64,000 nt of DNA, taken from positions 1-64,000 of IMG/VR virus record IMGVR_UViG_3300009151_000001. The stretch is one strand, 5' to 3'. Of the stretch, positions 10,946 to 20,073 are shown piece after piece. Numbering within the stretch: position 1 is the stretch's first letter; each line of letters opens with the position of its first letter. The position numbers were made by a program, and so were the translations under genes. The DNA comes from a virus (taxonomy: Duplodnaviria; Caudoviricetes). The notes beneath the pieces are model-generated. The model made no database searches, had not been told where the DNA came from, and saw only the letters and a program-made list of their open reading frames with translations.

Positions 10946-11245
10946 ATGATACAGTTTTCAAAATCAATAGAACTCATAGAAGATGAACTATTTAAACCTC
11001 AAATGGGTACATTCACCTTATTAGATGGTATAATCACTGATGAAAGTGGGGTGGAATATGTTACACTAGAATTTGAGTTATTACAAAATCATCAATCTGG
11101 TAATAGAACAATAAGAAAAGGAAATATAAAAGTTCTTAAATCTACATTTGATTCTTTAGATATTGATTATATTGGTAATATAAATAATCAAGAAACTTGT
11201 AAAGCTTTATTAGCAACATTTAATATAAATGATTTAACTTTGTAA
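10946..11245 (+). CDS. Small fibre-associated protein
   Basis: 99-aa ORF directly after the fibre gene. Confidence 0.55.
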   Translation: MIQFSKSIELIEDELFKPQMGTFTLLDGIITDESGVEYVTLEFELLQNHQSGNRTIRKGNIKVLKSTFDSLDIDYIGNINNQETCKALLATFNINDLTL

Positions 11246-11258
11246 AAAAATAAAATAT

Positions 11259-11657
11259 ATGAATATAGAATTAACCAATAGTGAACTAACAACACTATTA
11301 CAAGAAATCAATGGCGCCATTCCTCAGATTAGTAAAGAAGGTGGTCAACCATTAAAGTTTAACTTAGCTGTATTATTTCAAAAAGCTACAGATGCTCTTA
11401 AACCTTTTGAAAAACTTAAAGAAGAGTTTATTAAAGAAAAAGGTACATCAACAGAAGATGGTGGATACATTCTTAAACAACTAAAATATGAAACTCTTCC
11501 ACCATCTGATGATAATTTTACAGATGAATTTAAAGAGTTTTTAGAATTATTAAATCAAAAAGTAGAGATCACATTTAAAAAAATACCTGTTTCTTATTTT
11601 GAGAAACTTAACTCAGAGGCCGTTTATCCTATACTATCAAAGTTTGTAGAATTATAA
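11259..11657 (+). CDS. Helical protein, probable fibre-assembly chaperone (DUF1617-like)
   Basis: 132 aa, acidic and helical (KFNL...EEFIKEKG...EFLELLNQKVEI), in the typical position after fibre genes. Confidence 0.5.
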   Translation: MNIELTNSELTTLLQEINGAIPQISKEGGQPLKFNLAVLFQKATDALKPFEKLKEEFIKEKGTSTEDGGYILKQLKYETLPPSDDNFTDEFKEFLELLNQKVEITFKKIPVSYFEKLNSEAVYPILSKFVEL

Positions 11658-11674
11658 TTAACTATTTTATGTTT

Positions 11675-11711
11675 AAAACCACTTCAAGAATGAAGTGGTT
11701 TTTTTTGTTTT
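11675..11711 (+). terminator. Rho-independent terminator
   Basis: Perfect 12-bp stem AAAACCACTTCA/AGAA/TGAAGTGGTTTT plus a T-run. Confidence 0.9.
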
Positions 11712-11718
11712 ATAAATA

Positions 11719-11740
11719 TTTTTTAGTATATTGTATTGTA
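11719..11740 (+). promoter_or_regulatory. Putative phage late-promoter motif (short copy)
   Basis: TTTTTA-GTATATT-GTATTGTA lies right after the terminator and upstream of 11765. Confidence 0.5.
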
Positions 11741-11764
11741 CAATAATTATATAAAATTACTATA

Positions 11765-13129
11765 ATGCCAATTACAAAACCTACTAAATCCAATACTTCT
11801 GATATAGGTTGTTCTCCTACAACTTCCAACTGTGTCACGTGGCAGGGTCCAGATCTTTCGTGTATAAATCTTTGCGCGGGAGATAATGTATCTGACGTAG
11901 TTTTTCAACTTGCGACAGAGATATGTAAACTAAAAACTGAAACAGATCTTTCTGATCTTGATTTGACGGGTCTTAAGTCTTTTTGTTCCCCTCAAATTCC
12001 TGCCCCGGACGTAGTTGATGTAGCAAAAGCTTTATCTTACATAACTAAAAGTATTATATGTTTAAAAGAATCTAGTTCTGGTTCTAATATAAATGACGGT
12101 AGTGTTAGTGTACCTAAATGTGTAGGTGGTACAGGAGGTACTTATACTTATAGTGATGCTATAGGTTTTATTAATGACAAAATTGTAAATACATTAAGTA
12201 CAAAAGATGGTCAATGTTCTAGTGAGATTATTAGAGATTTGTATAATAGTGTTGATAATCTTACACAAGAAACAAAGGTTACATTACCAAATCAAATTAA
12301 AGACGTATCTAATAGAGTAACCGTAATAGAAACACAAAATATTGTAGTTACTAAAAATGGTAAATCAGCTAGTGATTTTTATCCACCACCAAGTACAACT
12401 AGTGTACAAAAAGCTGTACAAGAGTTGGAGTATCAGATGATTTCTGTTATTGGTATGTTTAATAATGACTCACCTAAATATGATATAGAAAAAGCTTTAC
12501 CTGATTTAGCTCAAGCAAAAACTTTAGCTACTACATTTACAAGTAATAACTTAAGTTTATCTACTGGTGGTACTTTAATAAATTTAGGATTAATTGCTGA
12601 TGATAAAGTTAAAGGTATTGGTAATATGTTGAATAACATATGGGTAGCTTTAGGTGATGTACGTTCAGCTGTAAAAATAATTCAAGATAACTGTTGTAAA
12701 GTTAATTGTGATAGTATTATTATTGATTTCCAACAAACGTTTGATCTTGTAGCTAAAACACTTAGTCTTGATTTTACTAATTCTATAGTGCCAAAAGGAT
12801 TTAAAGATACTGGAACTAATATTAGTGTTACCGATGTAAATGGTTTATCTGTACATGTTACAACCAATGGTAGTACAACTTTACCATATATTGTAACTGA
12901 AGTTGATACTCCTGAATATAAACAAACTAAAGCTACTGCTTTAAAAATTCCTATTGATGGATTAGCTAATGGTAAGTTATTAATATCATTTAAAAATAAT
13001 ATAGGTAGTAGTACTGTTACATGTAATAATTGTTTTAGTAAAGAAATAAACTATGTAAATGAGTCTTGTTGTTCTATTACTAATACAGGAGCTGCAACAG
13101 TTACATTAACTATAAAAACCTGTTCATAA
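11765..13129 (+). CDS. Cys-rich structural fibre/spike protein
   Basis: 454 aa with an N-terminal CSPTTSNCVTWQGPDLSCINLC motif, a coiled-coil centre and CC motifs. Confidence 0.55.
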   Translation: MPITKPTKSNTSDIGCSPTTSNCVTWQGPDLSCINLCAGDNVSDVVFQLATEICKLKTETDLSDLDLTGLKSFCSPQIPAPDVVDVAKALSYITKSIICLKESSSGSNINDGSVSVPKCVGGTGGTYTYSDAIGFINDKIVNTLSTKDGQCSSEIIRDLYNSVDNLTQETKVTLPNQIKDVSNRVTVIETQNIVVTKNGKSASDFYPPPSTTSVQKAVQELEYQMISVIGMFNNDSPKYDIEKALPDLAQAKTLATTFTSNNLSLSTGGTLINLGLIADDKVKGIGNMLNNIWVALGDVRSAVKIIQDNCCKVNCDSIIIDFQQTFDLVAKTLSLDFTNSIVPKGFKDTGTNISVTDVNGLSVHVTTNGSTTLPYIVTEVDTPEYKQTKATALKIPIDGLANGKLLISFKNNIGSSTVTCNNCFSKEINYVNESCCSITNTGAATVTLTIKTCS

Positions 13130-13650
13130 TGAGTTTTACAACTATTCCTCCATATCAATCAACACAAACCAGCGTAATGTGTGGTGGTAAAGGTATTCCA
13201 ATAAATTATAATGATGAAGGTGGTGATCATACTTTAGTATTATCTGCAAAAGGTATTTGTTGGAGTATATTTCCCAACCCTACATATGGTGGAACAACTT
13301 CTAATAATATACAATTATCTGGAACAAATAAAAAAGATTATACATTACAAATAAATGGTCTTTTACCTAATACCAAATATTATGTAAGAGCTTACATGAA
13401 TGTAGCGTCTCTTACATATATGCCTGAATATGTTGTTGGTTATAATTATGGAACAGAATATTCTTTCTTTACATTATCTACAGATCTTGATTCATCATAT
13501 TCACATTGTGTTAGTAAAGAGATACGTATAACACCTGGTGAGATTGTTATACTTCCTGATGGATATGATCTTATTGGAATAGACTATGGTAATAATAGTA
13601 CATCAACTTTAAAAGGTTCTACACCTGATTGTTTAATAATGGCTAAATAA
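13129..13650 (+). CDS. FN3-like domain protein (paralog 1)
   Basis: KGICWS...GLLPNTKYYVRAY...YG followed by a Cys-bounded LPDGY module. Confidence 0.7.
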   Translation: MSFTTIPPYQSTQTSVMCGGKGIPINYNDEGGDHTLVLSAKGICWSIFPNPTYGGTTSNNIQLSGTNKKDYTLQINGLLPNTKYYVRAYMNVASLTYMPEYVVGYNYGTEYSFFTLSTDLDSSYSHCVSKEIRITPGEIVILPDGYDLIGIDYGNNSTSTLKGSTPDCLIMAK

Positions 13651-13657
13651 TAAAAAA

Positions 13658-14440
13658 ATGGCGGGATCTCCATCTATAAGAACAGTAAAACCTTACAATA
13701 TAACATCTACTGGATTTACATCTGGTGGATATTCTATATATGATATAGTTCCTACAACTAAAGGATTATTATATAGTACAATATCAAATGATGGTTCTGC
13801 TGCAAAAAAAGAAATTAATACTGGAACATCAAATCCATATGAACAAATAATACTTTCAGAATTAACCAATAATACAGTATATTATGTAAGAGCTTATTGT
13901 TCTAATGGTACAACTAATGTTATTGGAGATGAATATCAAATAAGAACATTAGCTCAGGATGCTTTACCGAATACATGTGTAGAAAGATCTATAACATTAA
14001 ATCCTAATGTTACATATGATATACCCAAAGGTGTAGAAATAATATATAGTGATACTCCTACTAATGTACTTGAATCTAATTGTTTAGATGTAAACCTAAT
14101 ACCATATACACCATCTGTTACAAATCTTCCGGGCGCTCCTAGAAATTTAAGATGGTTTTATAGTGGTAATGGTCTGCTTCACATAGATTGGGAACCTCCT
14201 ACATTAATAGGAAATTCTCCTATAATTAAATATAAAATATATATATATAGAGGAGAATCTTTAAACTATACCAAAACACTTGATGTTGGAAGTTTTTTTA
14301 GTTATTCTCATACAGCATCACCTGTAACAAATAGTACATTAGGTAAAGTTAATACTTATTATTATGCTAGAATATCTGCTATAAACAGTGCTGGTGAAGG
14401 ACCTGTAGCGTTAAGTCCTGGAGGTGGTATTGTTATTTAA
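13658..14440 (+). CDS. Two-FN3-domain protein (paralog 2)
   Basis: LTNNTVYYVRAY in the first domain. The second FN3 reads PGAPRNL...W.PP..G.SPI..Y...YY.RISAINSAGEG. Confidence 0.8.
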   Translation: MAGSPSIRTVKPYNITSTGFTSGGYSIYDIVPTTKGLLYSTISNDGSAAKKEINTGTSNPYEQIILSELTNNTVYYVRAYCSNGTTNVIGDEYQIRTLAQDALPNTCVERSITLNPNVTYDIPKGVEIIYSDTPTNVLESNCLDVNLIPYTPSVTNLPGAPRNLRWFYSGNGLLHIDWEPPTLIGNSPIIKYKIYIYRGESLNYTKTLDVGSFFSYSHTASPVTNSTLGKVNTYYYARISAINSAGEGPVALSPGGGIVI

Positions 14441-14451
14441 AATAAAAACTT

Positions 14452-15339
14452 ATGAGTTGTTTTATTGCTATAGATACTAAAAAGATTACTAATATAACTA
14501 CCAGTACATTAAATACTGGTGGATTAAATATTCTATCTACTGATCCTATTGTAGAAAAAGGAATAGTGTATTCTTATACTTCTATTCTTCCCACTATAGG
14601 TTTTAGTAATAAAGAGATATATTCAAAAAAAGGTGTTGGTAAGTTTGATGTTACACTTCAAGGATTATCTGAAGGATTCACTTATTATGTTCGCGCGTAT
14701 GCTATAAGTAATACAGGAGATGTATCTTATGGAAGAACACTAGAAGCTAAGATGTTAATCACAGCTCAATCTAGTTGTTCTATGAATGTATCTCTTCCTG
14801 TTGGAAAAATATATACTATTCCTGATGGTTATACATTAGTAGGATCTAGTAATAATGGTTCATTACAATCTACTTGTATTGATGTAGCTAATATACAACA
14901 ATTATCTAATACTTGTTATGGTTTAGTATTTACAGCTGGTGGTGGTGGTACTGGAAGTATAAATTTTGAAGGTATTATTTTAAATAATGTGACATATAAT
15001 TTTAATACTATTTTAAGTTTTACTAGTTATACTGATTCAGATATGCAAAATCAAATATTTCAACAAATAATTCAAATACCAGATTTACATAATTTAATTG
15101 ATAATCTATGTGTTAAATATATTACATATGGTAGTAGTGGTACTACTACAATTTATGAATTTTTATTTGCTTTTCATGGTGTTCCAGGATTAGATATTAA
15201 TTCTTATTTAAAACTTTCTTATAATGAAAGTATTAGTGGGGGGTATAAACAACCAATGAATGTACCTATAAAATTAAGATCAGATTTACCAACAACTGTT
15301 GGAGGTATTACACTTTCTACTCTTTGTTCTTGTACATAA
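14452..15339 (+). CDS. FN3-like domain protein (paralog 3)
   Basis: EKGIVYS...GLSEGFTYYVRAYA...SYG followed by an IPDGY module. Confidence 0.7.
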   Translation: MSCFIAIDTKKITNITTSTLNTGGLNILSTDPIVEKGIVYSYTSILPTIGFSNKEIYSKKGVGKFDVTLQGLSEGFTYYVRAYAISNTGDVSYGRTLEAKMLITAQSSCSMNVSLPVGKIYTIPDGYTLVGSSNNGSLQSTCIDVANIQQLSNTCYGLVFTAGGGGTGSINFEGIILNNVTYNFNTILSFTSYTDSDMQNQIFQQIIQIPDLHNLIDNLCVKYITYGSSGTTTIYEFLFAFHGVPGLDINSYLKLSYNESISGGYKQPMNVPIKLRSDLPTTVGGITLSTLCSCT

Positions 15340-15415
15340 ATATTAAATACTGTTTTGTAACATAACTCATCATCAAATAATAAAAATATTTTATAAAATA
15401 AAAAAATAATTAATT

Positions 15416-17065
15416 ATGTCTTCTTGTCCTGGATGTCACGATACACCACTACCTTTATATAATGAGCATCATTGTGTAAGTAGTCAACCGGTTATATTAC
15501 CGGTATGTTCAAATGGTGAAAAATGTGAAGAAACTCTTGATGCTGGGTGTGTTATTTATAGTGGTGATCCAATATCTCGTTTTGGTATAGCTACAGATGA
15601 TAGAATGGATGCTATATTACACAAACTAGATACTAATTCTACTTCAAATAATATTATAGTAGCTAATACACCTACAGTTTTTTTAACTGGGTTGGTTAAC
15701 GGTGAAACTACTTTTACTAAAACAGTAGCATCAACAACAAACTCAACCACTTTAGTATTAAATAATGGAACTGATATAACTCCCGGACAACTAGTTACTG
15801 GAACTAATATTGATAGTGATACTAAAGTAGTGTCAATAACTGTTAATACATTAGTGATATCAAAACCTGTTTTAGGAATTGTTACTAACGGAACTCTCAC
15901 ATTTACAAGATCGGCTGGTGTTGGATTAGTTTCTAATCCTCTTATAGCTAATGTTAAAAAATCTACTTCAACAACTAATGGAGATAATCAACTTCAATTA
16001 TTATCTGATGGATTGTATATATCACCTAAAATAAAAACTACTAGTGATGATACAACACCGGCTTATTTAAATAATAAATTAGTAGCTGGAACAGGAGTAA
16101 CTATAACATCATCTACTGATACAACTTATGGTAAAATACTTACTATAGCTTCAACAGGTGGATCAAATATAGCCGTAGCTGATACAGCTACAATAGATTT
16201 AACATTAACACCTGGAGTTGGTAACGCACCTTCTACATTATCTGCTGATTTAAAATTAACAGGTACTACATTACCAACACCAGTTATAACTATAAATAGT
16301 AGTTTTTATAAAAATGATGGTATTACTGCATATACAGCTTCTTTTTCAGGTAATTCTGTAACTGTAGATGTAGGAGCCAAAATAAATATAAGTAATAGTA
16401 CTTATAAGTATACTAAAAGTGGTAGTCAATCTATTCCTACTTCTGTATCTGGAGATGGTGGTTGGCAAACTACACCTCCTCCTAATGATAATACTGATAG
16501 TCCTATTTTAGGAAGTTCTAGTTCAGCTTTAACTAGTAATACTCCTACAACTATAACAAAAAGTATTACATTATCAGCTCCTTCAAGTGGTTTAATAGTA
16601 GTAGGTAATCAAATTCAAGTTGGTGGATCAGGAACGCCTGTAACTACAACAGCTAGTATAAATATGAAATTTTCTTATAGATATTTTTATGGTAAAAGCA
16701 CTAATCCAGGACTAACTACTTTAACTGATTTTAGATCAGCTTTATTTAATAATGATTTTACATTAAATGCTCCAGTTACTGGTAGTGTAGTAGGAGGAGT
16801 TACTAGATCAGTTTTAGTAACTGGAGTAACTACTGTAGCTGGTGAATATTATTACTTTTGTATTCCAACAAATCAACCATTAACATCTATAATTAAAGAT
16901 GGTGCTACTGGTATATTACCTTCTTTTTTACCAATTGTTACAAATGCTTCATTTGTAAATGATGCAGGATTAACATTATCATATAATATATATAGAACTG
17001 GAGCTAATCCTTTTGGTCTTGGTGAACCAGCTTCTTTACAATTTAACTTTACAAGCCAAATTTAA
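15416..17065 (+). CDS. Fibre/spike structural protein
   Basis: 549 aa. The Cys-rich N-terminus is related to 11765 (CVIYSG vs CVTWQG), and the C-terminal domain is related to 5255. Confidence 0.6.
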   Translation: MSSCPGCHDTPLPLYNEHHCVSSQPVILPVCSNGEKCEETLDAGCVIYSGDPISRFGIATDDRMDAILHKLDTNSTSNNIIVANTPTVFLTGLVNGETTFTKTVASTTNSTTLVLNNGTDITPGQLVTGTNIDSDTKVVSITVNTLVISKPVLGIVTNGTLTFTRSAGVGLVSNPLIANVKKSTSTTNGDNQLQLLSDGLYISPKIKTTSDDTTPAYLNNKLVAGTGVTITSSTDTTYGKILTIASTGGSNIAVADTATIDLTLTPGVGNAPSTLSADLKLTGTTLPTPVITINSSFYKNDGITAYTASFSGNSVTVDVGAKINISNSTYKYTKSGSQSIPTSVSGDGGWQTTPPPNDNTDSPILGSSSSALTSNTPTTITKSITLSAPSSGLIVVGNQIQVGGSGTPVTTTASINMKFSYRYFYGKSTNPGLTTLTDFRSALFNNDFTLNAPVTGSVVGGVTRSVLVTGVTTVAGEYYYFCIPTNQPLTSIIKDGATGILPSFLPIVTNASFVNDAGLTLSYNIYRTGANPFGLGEPASLQFNFTSQI

Positions 17066-17070
17066 TAAAA

Positions 17071-18564
17071 ATGAGTCAATTATCATATCCTTCAGAATTA
17101 ATACATGGTGATCCATTATCAGCATTAGTTGATTCTAATATAGTTAGAGGTGGATTAAGAACGGTAGGTTCAACAAGTGCGTTACTTACTATTCCAACAG
17201 ATCAAGTAAAACAATATGTTACTAGAGTATATGTAGCTGGTACTACTAATAAATGGTACACGTTTACAGGTAGTAATAGTACACTATCAATATCATGGAC
17301 TGCTGATGATCCGTCATATTCTTTACCTAGTGCTACTACTGATCAGAAAGGTGGTGTAACTATTTCATCTACTGGTGGTTTATCTGTAACTAGTAGTGTT
17401 TTATCAATTAATGCAAATAATGGTTTAAATGTTAGTAGTAATGCTGTTCGTCTAGGAGGTACATTAACTCAAAATACTGAACTTACTTGTACTACTTATG
17501 ATCTTAATATAAGAACTTCAGCTACTGTATCTATAGGAAATACTGAGTTTGGTACTAGTTCAAGTTATCTTTCTAATTTATATATAAAAGCAAGTAGTGG
17601 TAAACCTTATGCATTACGTTCATCAAAAGAACTTAGTGTAACAAGTGGTGATTCTAATAATATGTTAAGTAGTTATGCTGAATTAACTATAAATAATAGC
17701 TCATCTAATTCTTCATTTGCTGATACTATTACATATTCAAGTAGTTTTAATATACTAAATCTAAGTTCTGCATCATCAACTACACAAGTTCTTAATTCAG
17801 CAAATGTCACTTGTAGTACTAATTTAATAAGAATTGATAAACCTTCTTCAATATATAATGTAAACTCTAGTAGTATAAAAGGTACAACTAATGGTCTTCT
17901 TTTAAAAGGAACTACAACTAATTCAGGAGGAACGAAACTTTGGGCACCTAATACACCTTATTTAGCTGATGACACTACTTCAAGATATGCTGATTATGTA
18001 ATGGTAGTTGATTCAACTTCAAGAATATATAAATGTAAGACAAGTGGTACATCATCAACTACCGCTCCTACACATACTTCGGGAGATGTAACAGACGGTA
18101 GCGGACCCTTAGTTTGGACATATGTAGGACTTGCCGGTCCTGATTATAACTACCAGCTAGGTAATATATCTCTTATAAATACAGGAGTAATAGGTAGTAC
18201 TGAGTCAAATGGTTTACCTGTATTTAATGGAGTTATAAATAACTTACATGGATTGTATGTACAAAATATACCAAAAGGAATAAATAGTCTTAGTGGTACC
18301 AGTTCTACAGGAATTGCTAACACCACATATGGAATATATATAGATGGTGATAATGTTGCTTATTCTAAAATTGGTACTAGATATGGTATATACCAAAATG
18401 GTGAAATAGATGTAAATGTATTTAGAGGACCAACTAGAATTGATGGTGTATTTACTTTAGGTGGTACTAATAATCCTGTTACTACTAGTACTGCTACAGC
18501 AAGCAAAAAGATACGAATAAAAGTAAATGATACTTATTATTATTTATTAGCTGTTGAAAGTTAA
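17071..18564 (+). CDS. Fibre / receptor-binding protein with CBM-like module
   Basis: 497 aa, S/T-rich, with YSLPSAT...GGV, RLGGTL and WAPNTPY...YKCKTSGTS...PTH...VWTYVG. Confidence 0.65.
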   Translation: MSQLSYPSELIHGDPLSALVDSNIVRGGLRTVGSTSALLTIPTDQVKQYVTRVYVAGTTNKWYTFTGSNSTLSISWTADDPSYSLPSATTDQKGGVTISSTGGLSVTSSVLSINANNGLNVSSNAVRLGGTLTQNTELTCTTYDLNIRTSATVSIGNTEFGTSSSYLSNLYIKASSGKPYALRSSKELSVTSGDSNNMLSSYAELTINNSSSNSSFADTITYSSSFNILNLSSASSTTQVLNSANVTCSTNLIRIDKPSSIYNVNSSSIKGTTNGLLLKGTTTNSGGTKLWAPNTPYLADDTTSRYADYVMVVDSTSRIYKCKTSGTSSTTAPTHTSGDVTDGSGPLVWTYVGLAGPDYNYQLGNISLINTGVIGSTESNGLPVFNGVINNLHGLYVQNIPKGINSLSGTSSTGIANTTYGIYIDGDNVAYSKIGTRYGIYQNGEIDVNVFRGPTRIDGVFTLGGTNNPVTTSTATASKKIRIKVNDTYYYLLAVES

Positions 18565-18580
18565 AAATAATTAACAACTT

Positions 18581-18652
18581 ATAAGTCAGCGGTTTGTTGG
18601 TTTATTCCTCTGAACATTCGTCCTGATATATCTATATCGGGACTTATTTTTT
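18581..18652 (+). ncRNA. Candidate structured small RNA / regulatory 3' element
   Basis: Stem TCAGCGG/CCTCTGA with loop TTTGTTGGTTTATT, followed by a terminator. ATAAGTC (18581) is complementary to GACTTAT (18641). Confidence 0.3.
18620..18652 (+). terminator. Rho-independent terminator
   Basis: GTCCTGATAT/ATCT/ATATCGGGAC followed by TTATTTTTT. Confidence 0.8.
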
Positions 18653-18705
18653 AATATATACAATAAAACCTCTAACTTTACACACCGTAATATAAACATT
18701 AATAT

Positions 18706-20016
18706 ATGAATTTAATCAATCAAGTTTACGGGTCCATAAAATGGAAAAAAACAGATCTTTTTTGTGCGGCTAAATTAGGTATTTCTATAGAAGAATATAG
18801 AAAGATTCGTGAACAAATAGAACAAACAAAATCTCTATTACAAGATGAAGTAGATAATAATCTTATTGAGATGTGTGGTAAACGAATGCTTGGCTTAATA
18901 ACTGATGATTCTGTAAAAACTCAGATTGAAGAACACCTCGGTGATCTTACCAATGTGTTAACAAGTAAAAGAATAGAGTTTGAAGAAAACTTAGAACAAG
19001 GAACCGGAAAGATTAAAATATTAGCTAGTAATGAACCAAAAGATCCAGATGAAGTAGAAGAACTTCTAAAGATAAAAAACTCTAAGAAATGGAAACTTTC
19101 CAACTACTATAATAAACAACAACCTAATGGATTATGGCTTATTACAGGATTTGTAACACAACGCCAACTAAACGCCAAAGATCTTCTAGAAGAAACGCTT
19201 AAAAACTTTGATCCTTTCTCAGCTTCCATAGATAAAATAGAAATCCCTTCCCCTTTTACTAATCCTGTTCAAGGAATTATATCTGCTCAAGATTTACACT
19301 TTGGTAAAGAAGGTAATGAATCTATTGTTGATTCATTTAAAGAAGCTCTTAAAGAGCTTATGTATAAAAGCTATAGTTGTCATAATTTAGATAAACTAAC
19401 TTTTGTATTAGGTGGTGATTTATTAAACATGGATACATTTATGGGAACCACAACAAGTGGTACACCAGTGTCAAATAACTCAAGCGCTCAGAAAGCTTAC
19501 GATACAGCTTTTGATACAATGTATTGGGCTATACAGTTTATGAGTGGGTTTACAAAAAATCTAGAAATAATATATCTTCCTGGTAATCATGATAGATTAA
19601 GTTCATATCACATGGCTCACGCTTTATCTAAGTGTTTTAAAAATGATCTTACAATAACATTTGATGTAGAGTATGCTGAAAGAAAAGTAAAGACTTATGG
19701 TATAAACTTCTTTGGATACGAACATGGTGATGTAAAGAGTAAGAACCCCGCGTTATTATATGCTACAGAGTTTTATCAAGAATGGGGAACTACAACTAAT
19801 CGTGTTTGTTTTACTGGACATTGGCATACTAAAAAAGTAACAGAATATGTCACTGAGAATGAACAACACGGCTTTACTGTAAAGAGTTTACCAAGCCTTT
19901 GTAGTACAGACTACTGGCACTACCATAACAAGTTTACTGGATCTAAACGTCAGATGATTATAGAACTATATGACAAAGTAAAAGGTAAAGTTTCTGAATT
20001 TGTAGTTAATAGTTAA
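18706..20016 (+). CDS. Calcineurin-like metallophosphoesterase with N-terminal HTH-like extension
   Basis: All five motifs are present: DLH, GDLLNMD, PGNHD, EHGD and GHWH. Confidence 0.85.
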   Translation: MNLINQVYGSIKWKKTDLFCAAKLGISIEEYRKIREQIEQTKSLLQDEVDNNLIEMCGKRMLGLITDDSVKTQIEEHLGDLTNVLTSKRIEFEENLEQGTGKIKILASNEPKDPDEVEELLKIKNSKKWKLSNYYNKQQPNGLWLITGFVTQRQLNAKDLLEETLKNFDPFSASIDKIEIPSPFTNPVQGIISAQDLHFGKEGNESIVDSFKEALKELMYKSYSCHNLDKLTFVLGGDLLNMDTFMGTTTSGTPVSNNSSAQKAYDTAFDTMYWAIQFMSGFTKNLEIIYLPGNHDRLSSYHMAHALSKCFKNDLTITFDVEYAERKVKTYGINFFGYEHGDVKSKNPALLYATEFYQEWGTTTNRVCFTGHWHTKKVTEYVTENEQHGFTVKSLPSLCSTDYWHYHNKFTGSKRQMIIELYDKVKGKVSEFVVNS

Positions 20017-20069
20017 ACATTCTAAGTTTAATTTTAAAATGATACAAGTTTTTCGTAAATTATAGTATA
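20013..20069 (+). promoter_or_regulatory. 57-nt conserved intergenic element, copy A
   Basis: 45/57 ungapped identity (manual alignment) to 33199-33255. It contains a TAAAC-N7-GTTTA inverted repeat and TATAGTATA. Confidence 0.7.
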
Positions 20070-20073
20070 AGTT

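Noticed and set aside
15340-15415. AT-rich intergenic gap as origin or ncRNA
   Set aside because: No iterons, stable hairpin or match to the repeated promoter motif.
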